A stretch of DNA of 64,000 nucleotides from Lingula anatina (Eukaryota; Animalia; Brachiopoda), in assembly GCA_051362555.1 (NCBI GenBank), contig CM120643.1:29578848-29642847 (forward strand), given 5' to 3'. Numbering within the stretch: position 1 is the first letter of the stretch; each line of letters starts with the position of its first letter. The notes under the pieces were generated by a model. That model made no database searches. It was not told where the DNA came from and was given only the letters and a program-made list of their open reading frames with translations. Shown in pieces: positions 25,067 through 38,276 of this stretch. A program made the position numbers and the translations under genes.

Positions 25067-28000
25067 TTATTAGGTAAAATTGCAACCCTAAGGTTGAAGT
25101 TCTACAAAGAATGTTTTAAAAGAAAATTGACCATAAGCTTTAAATTATAAAACAATAAATTATTCCTAAATAAATTACGTATGCCTATCCCCAAGTTTTC
25201 TACCACGTCGGGTTTATGCTAGAAGCAGAGGGTTCTAAGGGGAGCCCAAGACACTTTTTATTTTATTTTCAGAATGGTTGGTACCCCCAACTAAGCTTTT
25301 TCCATCGCGCCAAAATGAACATTTGATTTAAAATACATTCCAACGAATACTAAGGTGAATAAGAAATGCGTTCCACTATTAAATATTTGCTAAATCAGCA
25401 ATGTTATTCCAGATACCCAAAAACCAAGTTTCAACGGAACATGCCCTCAGAACCCTTTGGTCTATATCTCAGACACAGGGACCAGTAGAAAGGCGGTAAA
25501 TTGGACATCAATTCACATAGAAGCCGTGGATAACTCTAACATCCTCCCATCTGTGTCTTACAAGGTAAATTATTCAGGTCACGTGCTGATTCATTTATTC
25601 ATGTACTCATAAGGTATTAATGTTGCGTACAAATGAACTTCCCTGACCTGCGTCTTTCAACTAAATAACTATTGGTGTAGAACTGGCTTCCATCGGTGCA
25701 GGTCCCAAATTCTTTGTTGTCAAATGTTTTTCAACTAAGTAAATAACAATGCAGATGTATTTCTCCAATTCAGTTTAACAGACTCCCAAGGCCAAGCATG
25801 AAAGGGATATGTCTGGGTTAATTGTGCCTTGAACTTCCTTGTCGGAGACATTCTTTGAACTATTTAGTCATGGATTTTTTTCTACTCCAGGGTAAACAGG
25901 ACACGTACTCTGAAGGCGATCACCAGGTTGAAATTAATGCCACTGACAACAGCGGGAATTCAGCGCTTTGTGTGTTTACAGTGACCGTGACAGGTACGGC
26001 GCTTTTGTGGTTAACTTGGAATTTAAAAAACTGACGTTTCATATATAATGATTCTTTCGAAAGATTTGGCCAGGTAAAATGTTTGTGAATGTATTGTGCG
26101 TTAAGAAAGATTAATTCAATTGCTGTGGTCGACCTTGATATTTTTTTATCGCCCCCAAAGATCAATACATTTTTCTGAATCTGCAAGGTATATGTAACAC
26201 GATTCTGTTGAGAAAATGACGATTTTGATCACGTTTATGTGTGTTTAATTTCTCTTTTAATCATGTCAAGTGAAATTTTAGAGAGTCCATCTCTACAACT
26301 GAAGTTTTTAATGAATCTTGTCATATTATGAACATTGAATGCAGGGCTTAAAGTGACGGTTCAGAAATTCCTTGTATTACGATTCTTAAATCTGAATTCT
26401 GAAAGCCACAAATTACAGACGGGTAGATAAAAAGTAACCGCACAAATTTTTAATTACTTTTTAATTTCACTCAAAAGAGAAAACCCTGTTCTTTTTATTA
26501 CAATTTACTAACAACAAACCCTTGACCGTGTATTGTCTGTTTTATTTCATCTTGTAATGAAAGTTAACAACAATTAAACGAATCTCCTGAAATGAAAACA
26601 TTCACCCTGTTTTTCCACGCCTATTTCAGTTCCACGTTGCGCGTCCCCTCCGCCTCCCCCACACGGAGCGATAGCCGCAGGGTGTTCTTTGATCCACGGC
26701 AGCGTGTGTTCTGTAACGTGTGACTCAGGGTACATGGTACCTAGGAATAACACGGGCACCTTGCCATGTGTTTACTCTGAGGGGAACACTCACTGGGACG
26801 GTAACCCCGTGTGTAAAGGTAATGCTACAAAGCCTCCGTTGATTTACTTCCAATCATTATTTGTTTCATGCCCAGGCATATGTCGATCTGACTGTTAATA
26901 GCAAGGAGAAAGTTAGTCGATTAGCAAGATTTATTAAACATACAATAAAATTATTTATCAAATTGTTTGGATAAAAATGAATTTTTGCAGAGAGGGTCAA
27001 GGTAATCACAATTTGATGTCAGGCGTAAAGGGTTATTTCTATATTAAGATTGATAAGAAGCATAAAATATCTTGCATTGTTTTAGGGGCATAAGCTGATT
27101 TTTCTTGCAAGAAATTTCGTCAGCTGTGATATATAATACGCTCAAAAAGCTTCGACTTTGGCTGTTGTTCAGAAAAAAGCAGTGCTTTTTGGGCAAAAAT
27201 TGCATTGTGGTGTTAGATATGAGACGTGCCTTTAATAATAAATTCTCTTCTAGCGGTGACATGTCCAGTCCTGGACACTAGCCGGGGTTACATCTACCAG
27301 CGGTGTGACACGGATAGAGAACTGCCAGTTGGTACAGTGTGTGAGTTGGGGTGTGATATTGTCTACCAGAGGAGTGAAAATGATACCACCCCTACTATTC
27401 GCTGTCTACCCACGGGGCAGTGGGAGAACACGACCTTTCAGTGTATAGGTGAGTGGATGAAGTAAACACCGCGCCATTCTAATGTGTTTGTTTCGGAATT
27501 GGTGATGGTTTTGTTGCTAGTATTGAATGTAGAGGGAATATTTAGGGGGAAAAGGGAGAGAGGGAGGCGAAGAGAGTGGAGAGAGAAGAATGACCCAGGG
27601 AGGGAGAAAACGAGAGAGAGAAAAAGAGAGAGGAGTGGAAGAGAGGATAGAAGGACTAAAGAGATGGAGTGAGAGAAAAATGGTTGGGGACGGAGCGAGG
27701 GTGAGGAGAGAAAAGAGAGGGGTTATTAAGCAGTGAGGAGAAAGAGAAAGAGTAATTGGGAATGAAGTATAGAATGAGTGAAAAATTGTAGGGAGGGAGC
27801 GAAAGTGGTGGAAGAAAAGAGGGGATAGGGAAAAAGAGCGAGAATGAGAGGCTGAGAAGAATAGATTGAGGACGTAAGAGGGAGAAATTTTAAACATCAC
27901 TTTCACTTTCACTTTTCCAGCACCTAAATGTCCTGCGTTAACAGCGCCACCTGGCGGCACCGTGAGCCCTGCCTCCTGCCTGGTCCAGGGAGAATATGGC

Positions 28001-31000
28001 GACCAGTGCCAATACCAGTGTCACGAGGGGTACCAACTGACAGGTGTCAGCAGTCACAGGTGCACGGAATTCAACACGTGGACAGCTCAAGACCAGACCG
28101 CCGTATGCACAGGTAGAATTAACGACTGTGTGGAATATAGATTATAAGATATATCCCATCTATAACTTCTGATGTAGAGATATAATTCATTTGTATCAAA
28201 ACATGGCTATATTCCTTGGAAGTTTTCCGTTGCCATGGTAACGGACACCTTTTATTTGGACTGTACAAATGCATTTTCATTCGGTAATCACTGTAGTCTC
28301 TTAACTGATTTCTACACGACAAAAGGATTTTCTTTAATTCCAGATGTCACCCCACCTGATTTTGGGGACACTTGTCCCGAGAGTGACCTCCATTTCTTCA
28401 CCCCTCCCTGTGGGGACAGAGCGTCCGTGTTGTGGTCAGAGCCAGTGGCCACGGATAACTCCGGACAGCTGACCCTCAGCAAACCGACCTACACCTCTCC
28501 CTCTGTGTTAACTCCGGGAGACTACCCTCTGGTATACACTGCCCAGGACGCCGCCAATCTCCAGAAACAATGTCGATTTTCTTTGAGAATCCGATGTAAG
28601 TGCGAGTTCTACAAATGGGGGTTCTAATGGGGAGGGGGCACAAATAGTGAAATGTTCTACCGAGTTTCGCTTTACATGTATAAACTAGAAGACGAGAGCT
28701 TTTATTATGTATGGTCTGGAAATCTTAACCAAAGGTCGTGTTTTTTTTACAATAAGTTTTAATAACGACCTGCTTATTGTTTGGCAGTCATTAACAGTAG
28801 AATAGCAATTGGGGTTCCCAAAGTTATGTAGTAAGCCTCTTATTTATTAGTTAACTTACTACAGTGTATAAATAGTACTTGTATTATTATAGCTTATATG
28901 TTTCTGTCGTTCAGCTCCGTCGTGTCAGCCACCCCCAGACATAGCAGGTGCTGTGTTAGACTCAACCACGTGCAGCTTCAAATTTGGCTCCGTGGTGACT
29001 TACCGATGCCAAGATGGCTACCGTCTCCAAGGCAACGCTACGTTGGCATGTGGCAGGGAGGGTAACTGGGTGGGATCGGTTTCTTGTGCGGGTAAGACTA
29101 ATATAACTTTTGTGTGTTCAAAATTGCTCAATATTCAATAAGATTAAATAAAAAGTGTCTTTAAAATGTTTGCCAATCCAGTCAGTTCACAAATGTTTTA
29201 TGTACTTAATTTTTTTCTTAATACATGTATCTGTTCAATGTTATATGCGAATGGACGAATTGCATTAAGAATGCGCAAAAGAAGTGTCAGTGTCTATTTT
29301 TGTTCTATTCAACTTGGAATAAGATTTACTTTGACATTTTTATAGTATATGGTTGACCTCAAAGAACCATTCCAGAATTAATTTGTCTGCCAATTGCCAT
29401 GATGTCTGTCCATCTTCCTCACGTATAAAGTTTGCACTTGACATGGGTGATAAAACAAACGAAACCAAAAGAGAACAAAACTAAATCTCAGACCAGGTAG
29501 CCAAAAATACGCACGAAAAGAACAAACTTTATACGTGAGGAAGATGGACAGACATCATGGCAATTGGCAGACAAATTAATTCTGGAATGGTTCTTTGAGG
29601 TCAACCATATACTATAAAAATGTCAAATGTCAGTCAAAATGTTATCTTCAACTAAAACTTTCTTCGATTTCAGCGATCACTTGCCCCAAATTATCCGCTG
29701 TGCCAAACGCAGTGACGTCACCGTCGTTATGCACGTCATCTTCCGTATTCTATGCCACCCAGTGTGACGTCACGTGTGAGCTAGGGTACCTGCTGAAGGG
29801 TCCTCGGAGTTTCACCTGTGGATCGGACGGTGCTTGGTCTAATCCAACAGGAGTGACGGAATGTGAAGGTAAAGTGTGGTGATATTATAGTCAATACCAA
29901 TAGTAAGAAAAAGGTAGATTTTCTTCAAAAATCATATTAAATGACGTGGTCAGCCATTTAGTAGCCATTTTGGGGCAATTAACACTTGAGCTAAGAGAAA
30001 AAACAGCAACTAGTTTCACATCCAAAAATAGTAATATTACTATTTCAAGCAACCTGGCTAAGTTTCAAGCATTTATCTCAAAGCGAAACAGTTATTGGTC
30101 AACACTGGCTGTATTTTAAGTACGCAACCTATTCCAAATAGCTGGGTTTTGCTGTGCCCTGTATAAATAGGCCTTTCCTTGGAACATGATGGTGCCATAG
30201 TTGTACTACTTTAAGCTAAGATCTAATAAACAGATCTGTTTATTAGATCTTAGCTTTAAGTAGGTGTTCAACCCACTATTTGAATGGATAGAGACTAGAT
30301 TGGTTTAAATAGACGTGTTTTATTTTTGACAGCTATCCCGCCCCCAAACTTTAAAGATACCTGTCCTCCAGACACCATCGTCTCCACGTACGTCAATAAA
30401 GACTACACAGAGGTCACGTGGGGCGTGCCACGTGCTTTTGACAGTAAAGGTAATGTAACAACATGGATGCCAAAGATTAATACAAGCACCGCATTTTTAT
30501 GTTGTTTATTTATTATTTATTGAAAAAAATATTTTGTAGATGTTCATATTTACAAATATTCCCTGTAATGGATTAACAGTGGTAAAGATAGAGGATTTTG
30601 GGAACAAATGGAAATGTTGACTTACAAATACCTCGGTTCCCGCAACAAATGTATAATTGTAAGAGAAATAATTGCTAAGAGTACCTTACTATCACTATAG
30701 TGATGTACTTGCTTATAATGCAGCTGTTCGTGATTTAAAGAATGCTGAAAATGCTGTTATATGTAAAAGCAACTACTGTATCATGAACTAAAGTACCCGT
30801 AAAAGGAGCAATATAGTTTAAAGCATATTAGGCAAATTGATTTGTAGTGTATGACAGTTGTTCATCTTAGACTCGTACCGTTTTCCATTTCAGGCAGGCA
30901 GTTATCCCTGACGGTCACTCCTTTGTTCGTGGTATCGGACACTGTGAGGTTAGGTGTGGGCAGTCATAGAATAACCTACACGGCCACAGACTCGTATGGA

Positions 31001-33187
31001 CTGACATCCACCTGCTCCTTCAGAATCACCGTAGAAGGTGAAGCGAATGAATTCATATAATCTAAATGAATTTAAAAACTGAAGATTCTAGTAATATGCG
31101 TCAGTGAATTTAACTTAAGAAAGTAATACCACTTTTCTCTTTTTTAATAAGTTATCTAATATTTCAATATAGTTTAGGTTGATACGTTTACATTGAGATA
31201 CGGTTTCCTTGCTCATTGGTAGCCATTATTGTCCACTGATATCAAGTATGTCATTCGCATATGCATTTAGCATTATTTTTAGAACATGCTGTTTTTTATA
31301 CAGACCAAGAAGCTCCGCGCCCCCTAGCGTGTCCAGATAACCAAATTTTTGAAGCCAGAGGAAGTGAGACAAATGTTGAATTTGAAAAACCAGTGTTTGA
31401 AGATAACGTTGGCGTGATTACGTCATCCTGTGACCGTGAATGGGGGTCATTTCCGCTTGGCAGGTTCGAGGTCACGTGCACAGCACGTGATGCCGCGGGG
31501 AACACTGGGAAGTGTGTTATGGGCATCGCTGTTGTAGGTAGGAAATTTTCGTAAATAGACATTTCTATATTATATTTCATTTGATTGATACTTTTCCATC
31601 CTATGTAAATAAGAAAATGATTGGTTATATTTATTTAAGTTCAACATTCTTCATATATCAAAACTGACCACCAGTTATCTACACTGTTATAGAAGGCTTT
31701 TAGATTGATGCCACTTGGAAGTACCGGTGACACGTGTACGGTCCGTTCTGCGTGAACCATCCGTCCTGACCGATTGTACACGCAGCAGACGCGTGTATGA
31801 ACCGTTCCGTGAATGATCCGTTGTTATTCACCTGTGCATTTATATGGCTTGTTCGTATCCCGCCTCATTATATATTCACTATATTGTGGATATTTCTAGG
31901 TAAAATTCACATGAGCAGAACGGATGGTTCACGCTCCGAGCGGTACACGCCACACCGGTACTTAACTGTTTTATTATGCACAGTGCTAATATAATGTTTC
32001 TGTATGTATTGTGAACTGTCATCAGATGCTCCTGGTGAAAAAGTTGCAGTAATGTAATACAGCGATAAGTATGTGTATCATTAATATAACAAGTACACTT
32101 TCGATCCTCAGCGCGCCGATGCCCCGACATACAACCTCCGATAAATGGCGCCAAGGCCTGCAGCACCATCAAGTTCACCACTTTCTGCACCTTGCACTGC
32201 AATGATCAATACCAGTTCCCGCCATTTGCCTTCCCTCAACCTGCGTACACTTGTGGCATAGATAGTGGACAGTGGCTACCGGCTTTGCCTTTGTTGCCGT
32301 TCACCTGTGCACCGCTGTTATTCCCGCCCTTCGGAGGAGTCAACGGGCGTATACAGTTCCATGAATACGAGGGGGACTGCGTATCGGCGGCTGCCACTGC
32401 TGAAATAAGGGCGGACTTTCAGAGTCTCTTGGAGCGAAGTCTTTTTGCTCAAGCTGGCCTTTGCGACGACGGGGCTTGCGAAGTCTCATCAGTGACGGTT
32501 GTATGTAATACTGCCACTGGATCCGGGTTTCCGGATTTTTCAGGAGATTTAGACTTCGGCAGAAGACGAAAGAGAGAGGCAACGCCTAGAACAAGAAGCA
32601 GCGTTAGCGTCGATTTTGTCATCCTTACTAATGCGACAAGCGAAATAAGCAACGATACAGACGTGACGTCCCTGAAAGAAAAATTGAATCTCCTGTCGAG
32701 TTCGGTTCAAAAGTTTGTGGAGTCCGGCAATCTGACGTTGAATGTCAGTGGCACTAGTTTGACAGCAGATCCCAAGAGGTCAGTAGTGTCGCCAACCCTT
32801 AAGTGTCGCCCTGGGGCCGTGATAAGGGACACATACTGTGGTGAGTTTCCATACCACTTTCTTTATTTCCATAAGAAATGTGTGCAATGTATGCGCAGCT
32901 TAGTTCATTAAATGAAGTATTTTTCAGCCAATCAATCAAGGGGTAAATTTGATTTTAAAAGTTTATTTCGACATTGATCATCTCACACAATTAATAAACA
33001 AAAAGAGAAATAATTTTAGCTGTGTAAAAAAAGAAATTGAATACAGTTCATACATTTGCAAGTTATGATAGAAAATTATGGTCGTGAAAAGTTTTAAATT
33101 TCTTGAATTTTAATTATTAAAATATGAAAGTTGGACAATAACCAAAAGTATAAATCTCTTTCACTCGCTTCCTCTCTCTCCCTCTCA

Positions 33188-33245
<58 letters not shown>

Positions 33246-33382
33246 GAAAACACACAATCTCACGCACACCCACATTAAAAACCCCACGATATATTATTGA
33301 AATATAGAAAAGGTGCTTTATAAGTTGGTGTAAGTTCCACATACATTCCACTTGCCACTACCAGTGCTCTCTCCCTCCCTCC

Positions 33383-33449
<67 letters not shown>

Positions 33450-34845
33450 AGAGAAAAGGTGCTATATACATTATAAGTTCCACACACTTTCCCTTTCCCT
33501 CTCCCAGTCCAGTGTCCAGTGGGTACATACTATGACGTACAACGGTCAGACTGTGTGGAGTGTCCAGTATCCACCTACCAGGACCAGGAGGGGCAGTTAG
33601 AGTGTGTCCCTTGTCCTGGACAGATGACCACCAATGATGTAGGGTCCTATAACGCTTCCCTCTGTATAGGTATGTTCATATAAATAAACAGGTGAAAAGA
33701 TATATTACATATATGTATAATATAATATAATATACTAAGAGGAAATGTGGTCAGTGTTGACGTCATTTGTTAAGACCCCATTGATGCATTATAAAGACCA
33801 GTGTCTTTTTTGGGTAACTGGAAAAACGTATCATTAAAAGCCATTTATGTGTAGTTTTGTGTATTGCGAAAAAGATAAACGTAACATGTGGGAAACCTAA
33901 CCTAAATGATTCATGAGTCGGTGGATTGGATTTTAAATTATGTTTAAGGTTGTTTTGTGATGAACAAAATCATATTCCAGGAAAGATAGAGTTGATCACT
34001 TTCTTGGAAAAAATACTTATTGTGTGCGTGCATGTGTTTATGTATATGTGCGTTTGCATGTATATGTGTTTGTCTTTTAACACTAGAATTTATGTTTGTG
34101 CGTCTGCGTTTGTGTGTTTGTACATTTGTCTGCGTGTATAAATGTCTGTGTGTATGTTTGTGCATTGGTGCGTTTATATGTGTTAGTATTGCTGACAGGT
34201 AGCGCGAGATTAGAATCTTACCCATGACACATCCCTCTCTATGATAGCCTAGGTACCACTATCTGTTATTTCATATTATATTCTAGAGCCCACAACCTAT
34301 GACAATATTGTATTCCTCGGAAGCGTAGCTGCAGACAGGGACTGGGTGATTGCTAGTTTTACCAGCTCAGCTATTCTTCTTGTTGCCTCCATAGTGGCTA
34401 CGTTTACCATTGGGTAGGTATCTTTTATCATTATGATTATTGTTTTATTTAGTTTGCGTTTAATTATATGTATGGTATATACTAATTGATAAATTAATCT
34501 GTCCATAGCTATATTATTTCATTGTAAACAAACAGCAAAATATTTGTTTACTATATTGTTGTACAAATCTCAGTATTGATCGCATGAAGCTTAATTCGTA
34601 TGATCCATGTTAAATGAAAATAAAAATAACAACACAAATGCAAATTAGGGCAACGTAAATTAGGTCTAGGATTACATAATATGCATATAAATTTTACTTA
34701 ATTGAAGATCATGTATAAAATTTTCACTCAATACAGATTTCGTGCAATTTTTTTCTGTATCATTATATATTAGTATAATTTTTAGATTTTAATAGAAATA
34801 TCATTTTCTTACAGATGGAGGAGAAGTCACGTGACTAAGGCATAA
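17092..34845 (+). CDS. Gene B: type I membrane protein with SP, YWTD propeller-EGF x2, CCPx3-HYR-CCPx3-HYR-CCPx2-HYRx2-CCP-like, RRRKR region, GCC2/GCC3 (ephrin-receptor-like) repeat, TM and short tail (LRP-like head on an SVEP1-like stalk)
   Basis: 27 phase-consistent exons: 17092-17489, 18455-18831, 19082-19204, 19501-19584, 19884-20036, 20781-20937, 21462-21680, 21981-22165, 22475-22600, 22794-22970, 23224-23400, 23708-23893, 25413-25564, 25891-25993, 26630-26818, 27254-27448, 27921-28112, 28344-28595, 28915-29091, 29674-29868, 30333-30449, 30894-31037, 31304-31537, 32112-32840, 33508-33669, 34287-34413, 34815-34845. Motifs: LLWTD, MFWTD, LYWAD, LWWTD; [16 protein letters not shown]; HYR DVTPP..CP..ATDNSG; [27 protein letters not shown]; [26 protein letters not shown] then [15 protein letters not shown] at about 34886. 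Confidence 0.88.
17905..18260. repeat. Tandem duplication of about 150-170 bp containing (TGAA/TGGA)n
   Basis: Two copies of aaaaatgaatcag...aacaattaagtagaa...gatggatgaatgaatg...gaacaaatgtataa...ggaaattca. Confidence 0.8.
20417..20737. mobile_element. Kolobok-like MITE, copy 1
   Basis: TTAA|AGGGATAACA ... TGTTATCCCT|TTAA; a homologous copy lies in opposite orientation at 49374-49710. Confidence 0.75.
21017..21095. repeat. 3 copies of a 26-27 bp unit (ACCTCTACTGTCGCTAG..CGACTACC)
   Basis: Seen directly. Confidence 0.8.
25018..25066. repeat. (TAA)n microsatellite
   Basis: Seen directly. Confidence 0.95.
27540..27890. repeat. Purine-rich low-complexity intronic tract
   Basis: Strongly A/G-skewed on the + strand. 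Confidence 0.8.
29330..29627. repeat. Inverted repeat with 105 bp arms and an 88 bp spacer
   Basis: Arm 29330-29434 (tttgacatttttatagtatatggttgacc...cgtataaagtttg) is the reverse complement of 29523-29627; I found no mismatch by eye. Confidence 0.92.
30206..30263. repeat. 58 bp spacerless palindrome (one mismatch)
   Basis: aagctaagatctaataaacaga|tctgtttattagatcttagctt, centred at 30234/30235. Confidence 0.93.
31728..31954. mobile_element. Small Ginger-like MITE
   Basis: CCGG|TGACACGTGTAC..GCGTGAACCATCCGT ... ACGGATGGTTCACGC..GTACACGCCACA|CCGG: imperfect TIRs of about 40 bp, TG..CA ends, CCGG on both sides. Confidence 0.6.
32112..32840 (+). CDS. Gene B exon 24: CCP-like module plus a SEA-like region carrying a polybasic RRRKR site
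   Basis: ORF 32192..32911; RRRKR|EA at 32561-32575; acceptor cag|CG at 32112, donor TG|GTGAGT at 32840. The SEA-like label is by resemblance only. Confidence 0.85.
33170..33455. repeat. (CT)n/(CA)n/(GA)n microsatellite cluster
   Basis: Seen directly. Confidence 0.9.
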
Positions 34846-36136
34846 GCCAAACAAAGACAACTCTGCTACGATTGAATTGTGAAAAAATAAAAAGAATACT
34901 CCACTGTAAAGACTAAAGTGATTTATAATACATATAGTCGACTTGATTCTCTTATTATTTTATTTATTTATTTATTTAATTTGTTTGTTTGTTTATTTAT
35001 TGAAAAACAAAAAGAGACTTCATTATATATATCATGCAAAACATTGATTGTTATATACATTAGAAATAGAACGGTCACTTACAAATTAAAACATTACTAT
35101 TCAGAGTAGCAGGCTGATAAAAATGTATGGAGGAGGAGGGGACTGTTGTACTTCAAAACTGTACTTTGCGGGAACTTTAAAAAAAGTCCCCAAGAGATTA
35201 TTTTTAAAAAATGTAAATAGTGCCCCTCCCCTCTCCTTTGCTGCCAACGACTATTATTGATGTTATGAATCCTATTGTCTTAACTTTGTGATCGTGTCGA
35301 TAATCTCGTATTCCTTTTTTTAACGCATTATTATTGTAATTCGTTGTCATCTTTCGCCAGTATGGATGTCCACGTGTAATCTCGTTTTATTTTTTTACAA
35401 CTAATGAAATTAAGGCTTCATGTTTAAAACAACAAATGAATAATTTTATAAATAAATTTACCATCAGTAACAAATTTGCCTGATTTGATGCAGAAAATAA
35501 AAAGAAAAAAAGAAAAAATCAACGTCATGCCCCGTTAAACCCATAGTCGAAGAACAAGAGAGATTTTGTGCGCTAGTGACCTTGATTAATTTTACACTTG
35601 AGAGAGTAGCGAATTTAATTGTGTCTGTCCAAGCGCAGTCTTAATTAAGTCGGAGAAGGAAATACAGCTTATCAGAGTTGTTACAAACGTATGATGAGAA
35701 ATGAACAGTTGTTAAATTTCTACCGGCGGTTCGTGGGAAGGGAGGGGAGAGGGGAGTATTTGCTGCTTATACGTGTAGTGTATAAATATCCCTTATACAA
35801 AGCGGTGCTGTAAAAAAACTGAGAACAAAAATATTGTTTTTAAACAGTTGAAATGCCGTAATACACTTCTTTGATTAGTTATGAATCACTCAAAGCCTTT
35901 TTGTGTATTTGTAATCCAGTAGAGGTTCTCAACATTCTGTTCATTATATTATCTCTCTCAAGAAGCCAGGTTCTTATTTATATCTTTTATGTTCATAGAC
36001 TAATAGTTCGAAAAAGTCTGATCATCATATTTCTTTCAAGCAGCTAGGTTTTTTATTTATCGTGGGCTAGGTTACAGAATGTTTTCTTTCCAAAAAAGCC
36101 TAACCCTATACAGCACGGTTTGACAGAACAACCACA

Positions 36137-36137
<1 letters not shown>

Positions 36138-36176
<39 letters not shown>
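36138..36176. repeat. Poly(A) run of 39 nt
   Basis: Seen directly; no recognisable SINE/LINE body or TSD next to it. Confidence 0.9.
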
Positions 36177-36180
<4 letters not shown>

Positions 36181-38276
36181 GCGGCATTTTGCTATATGTA
36201 ATTATATCAGCAAACATTCGAAAACGTCACGTAATATTAGCGCAGCGTGGTGAGATTTATAGCTACTATCAGTGACGCACACGCTTCGGGCGCAACTGTG
36301 TTTTTCTTCCTCACTTTTTTTTGCCTGGTTCTAGTTGTGCCCGTGCATTTCTGTTCCTTCCACTTATAGTGGTGTGTCTTTTTCCTTTAAACAAGGATGC
36401 GCTATGCGACTGTGAGTATTCTTGTCACGCAATTGCGCGCTAGCATTTTTGGCTATAATACAGAAATGTATTACACTGTAAGATAGTCTATATCTTGATT
36501 GTTTTTAATTCCTGAAAGAAAATTGGCATAAAAATCAGAGCACTCACACCAGCCCACACACAGAGGAGACAGAGACATACAGAGAGGGCGTGTTTTTATA
36601 CCAGAAATGAGTTATCGAAATATAATAGATACTTTATAATACCAGAGAATGCCCACCCAATATGAATACCAATGAACATGTTTTAATCAGATTTTTGTAT
36701 AGCTTTACACAAAGTAAATTCAACACTATGGATAGCTTTGCTGAAAGATAATACGTTAGTCTTACCTTGTAGACCAGACTGACAAAACACTTCAAGCAGG
36801 TGAATAAATCAAGCAAATACAGCACATTTTAAAAATCTATCATTAAAATATGCTTAACTGATATATATGGACTGTAAAAAAGGAAAAATAAGTCACAAAA
36901 ATCTGGACCCCCCCCCCCCCCAGGCCTTGGTTGTCCTATGCTCTGTACAGGTACACAAACCGCTTAAAAATTATATAACGATTCATGACAAATTCCACTA
37001 AATGTCCGTACAAAGATATATTGACTCAAAGTTAATATATAAATGCCAAAGCTAGTAGTTTGCTGGGTGTGAACCAGGAAGCAAATGTAAGAAATTCTAT
37101 GAGTCTGTCACTTGTGTCCTTGGATCAATGTCATCGAAGCAGTTTTTAAATACAAACGAAGGGCCAGGGGGCCAGGGAGAGGATGATGACTCTTCATTTT
37201 GCCAGCATACCTTTGCTGACAACACCCAGAGAGTACCAGAGCTAAATATATCCTTCTCAGCAAATTATCAACAAACTCCTATAGAACCCCTGCGTTTTAG
37301 ACTTTACCAACTGTTTTTATGGATTTATTCGTCCAAGTCCGAATCCAGATATTTACTTAATGGAGGTGGGGGCTGGGGAGGAAAGGGGTGTTGGCACAAG
37401 TCATAAATATGAAAAAGCAGACGAGGAAAGTTTCACTGTGTTAATATGCAGGTCACGGCTTGGGAAAATTGCTTGGTTTCGTTTCGTATTGCTTGTTATA
37501 ATACAAGAAGTGTTGTTTAAAAAGACTGTGGGGAATAGCTCGATCCCGTGTCAAGGGGGGGCATAGATCCAGTGAATTCTTCACTTGATCAGCTATCCCT
37601 GTCACACCTGTGTCAGTGCCTGTGACACCTGTGAAACACATCCTAGAAAAGCGTGGCGACGCTCCTACATATTGTCATAGTCAGCGCACGCCTGGCACGT
37701 TAGCGGTCACCTTGGGGTTCAACGTGACCGCCGTGTTTATCACCTGATTTAACATTAGGTTACCGCCACCATGCGATTTAGTCACGACATCTGTCATTTC
37801 TGTCTCTCCTCTACATATAGATCAACGCCAGCCGTTCACCTTGCCTGTCATGGCTCCTGTTTCTCGATATTAGCACATAATTAACGTTACCCTGGGTTTC
37901 CGATCATTTCTGTACTACATGGTTGTCGTGATCCAGACAACAGTGCTTTCATGATAACGCTCCAATATGTACACAAGCGGCTGCAGTTTCAGACCACTCA
38001 CGGCTTTATTTTATGATTGCAGCTACCCTGAGTTGTAGATCAGTAACAGCAACATTTCTATAGGACGTACCATACTTTTGTTCCTCCTATATTCGTTACC
38101 CTTAGTTTCATCATATATTCATCATGTAGCACGGGATTACTGTCACCCTGGACTTAACAGAACTCTTAAAAGGGCACTTTTTATACAGGAAAATCCTGGG
38201 TTTAGATCACCCTGAGATTGTCACCCTGGGTGTGAAAGCCCTAGGGACCATTCCCAGACACTATCGTACTAACTGT

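Noticed and set aside
27484-27960. ORFs in the purine-rich tract (likewise those in the dinucleotide repeats at 33094-34225 and 43636-44417)
   Set aside because: Low-complexity intronic sequence; only the embedded true exons are coding.
36138-36176. Poly(A) tail of a SINE, LINE or processed pseudogene
   Set aside because: No recognisable upstream body, Pol III boxes or TSD.
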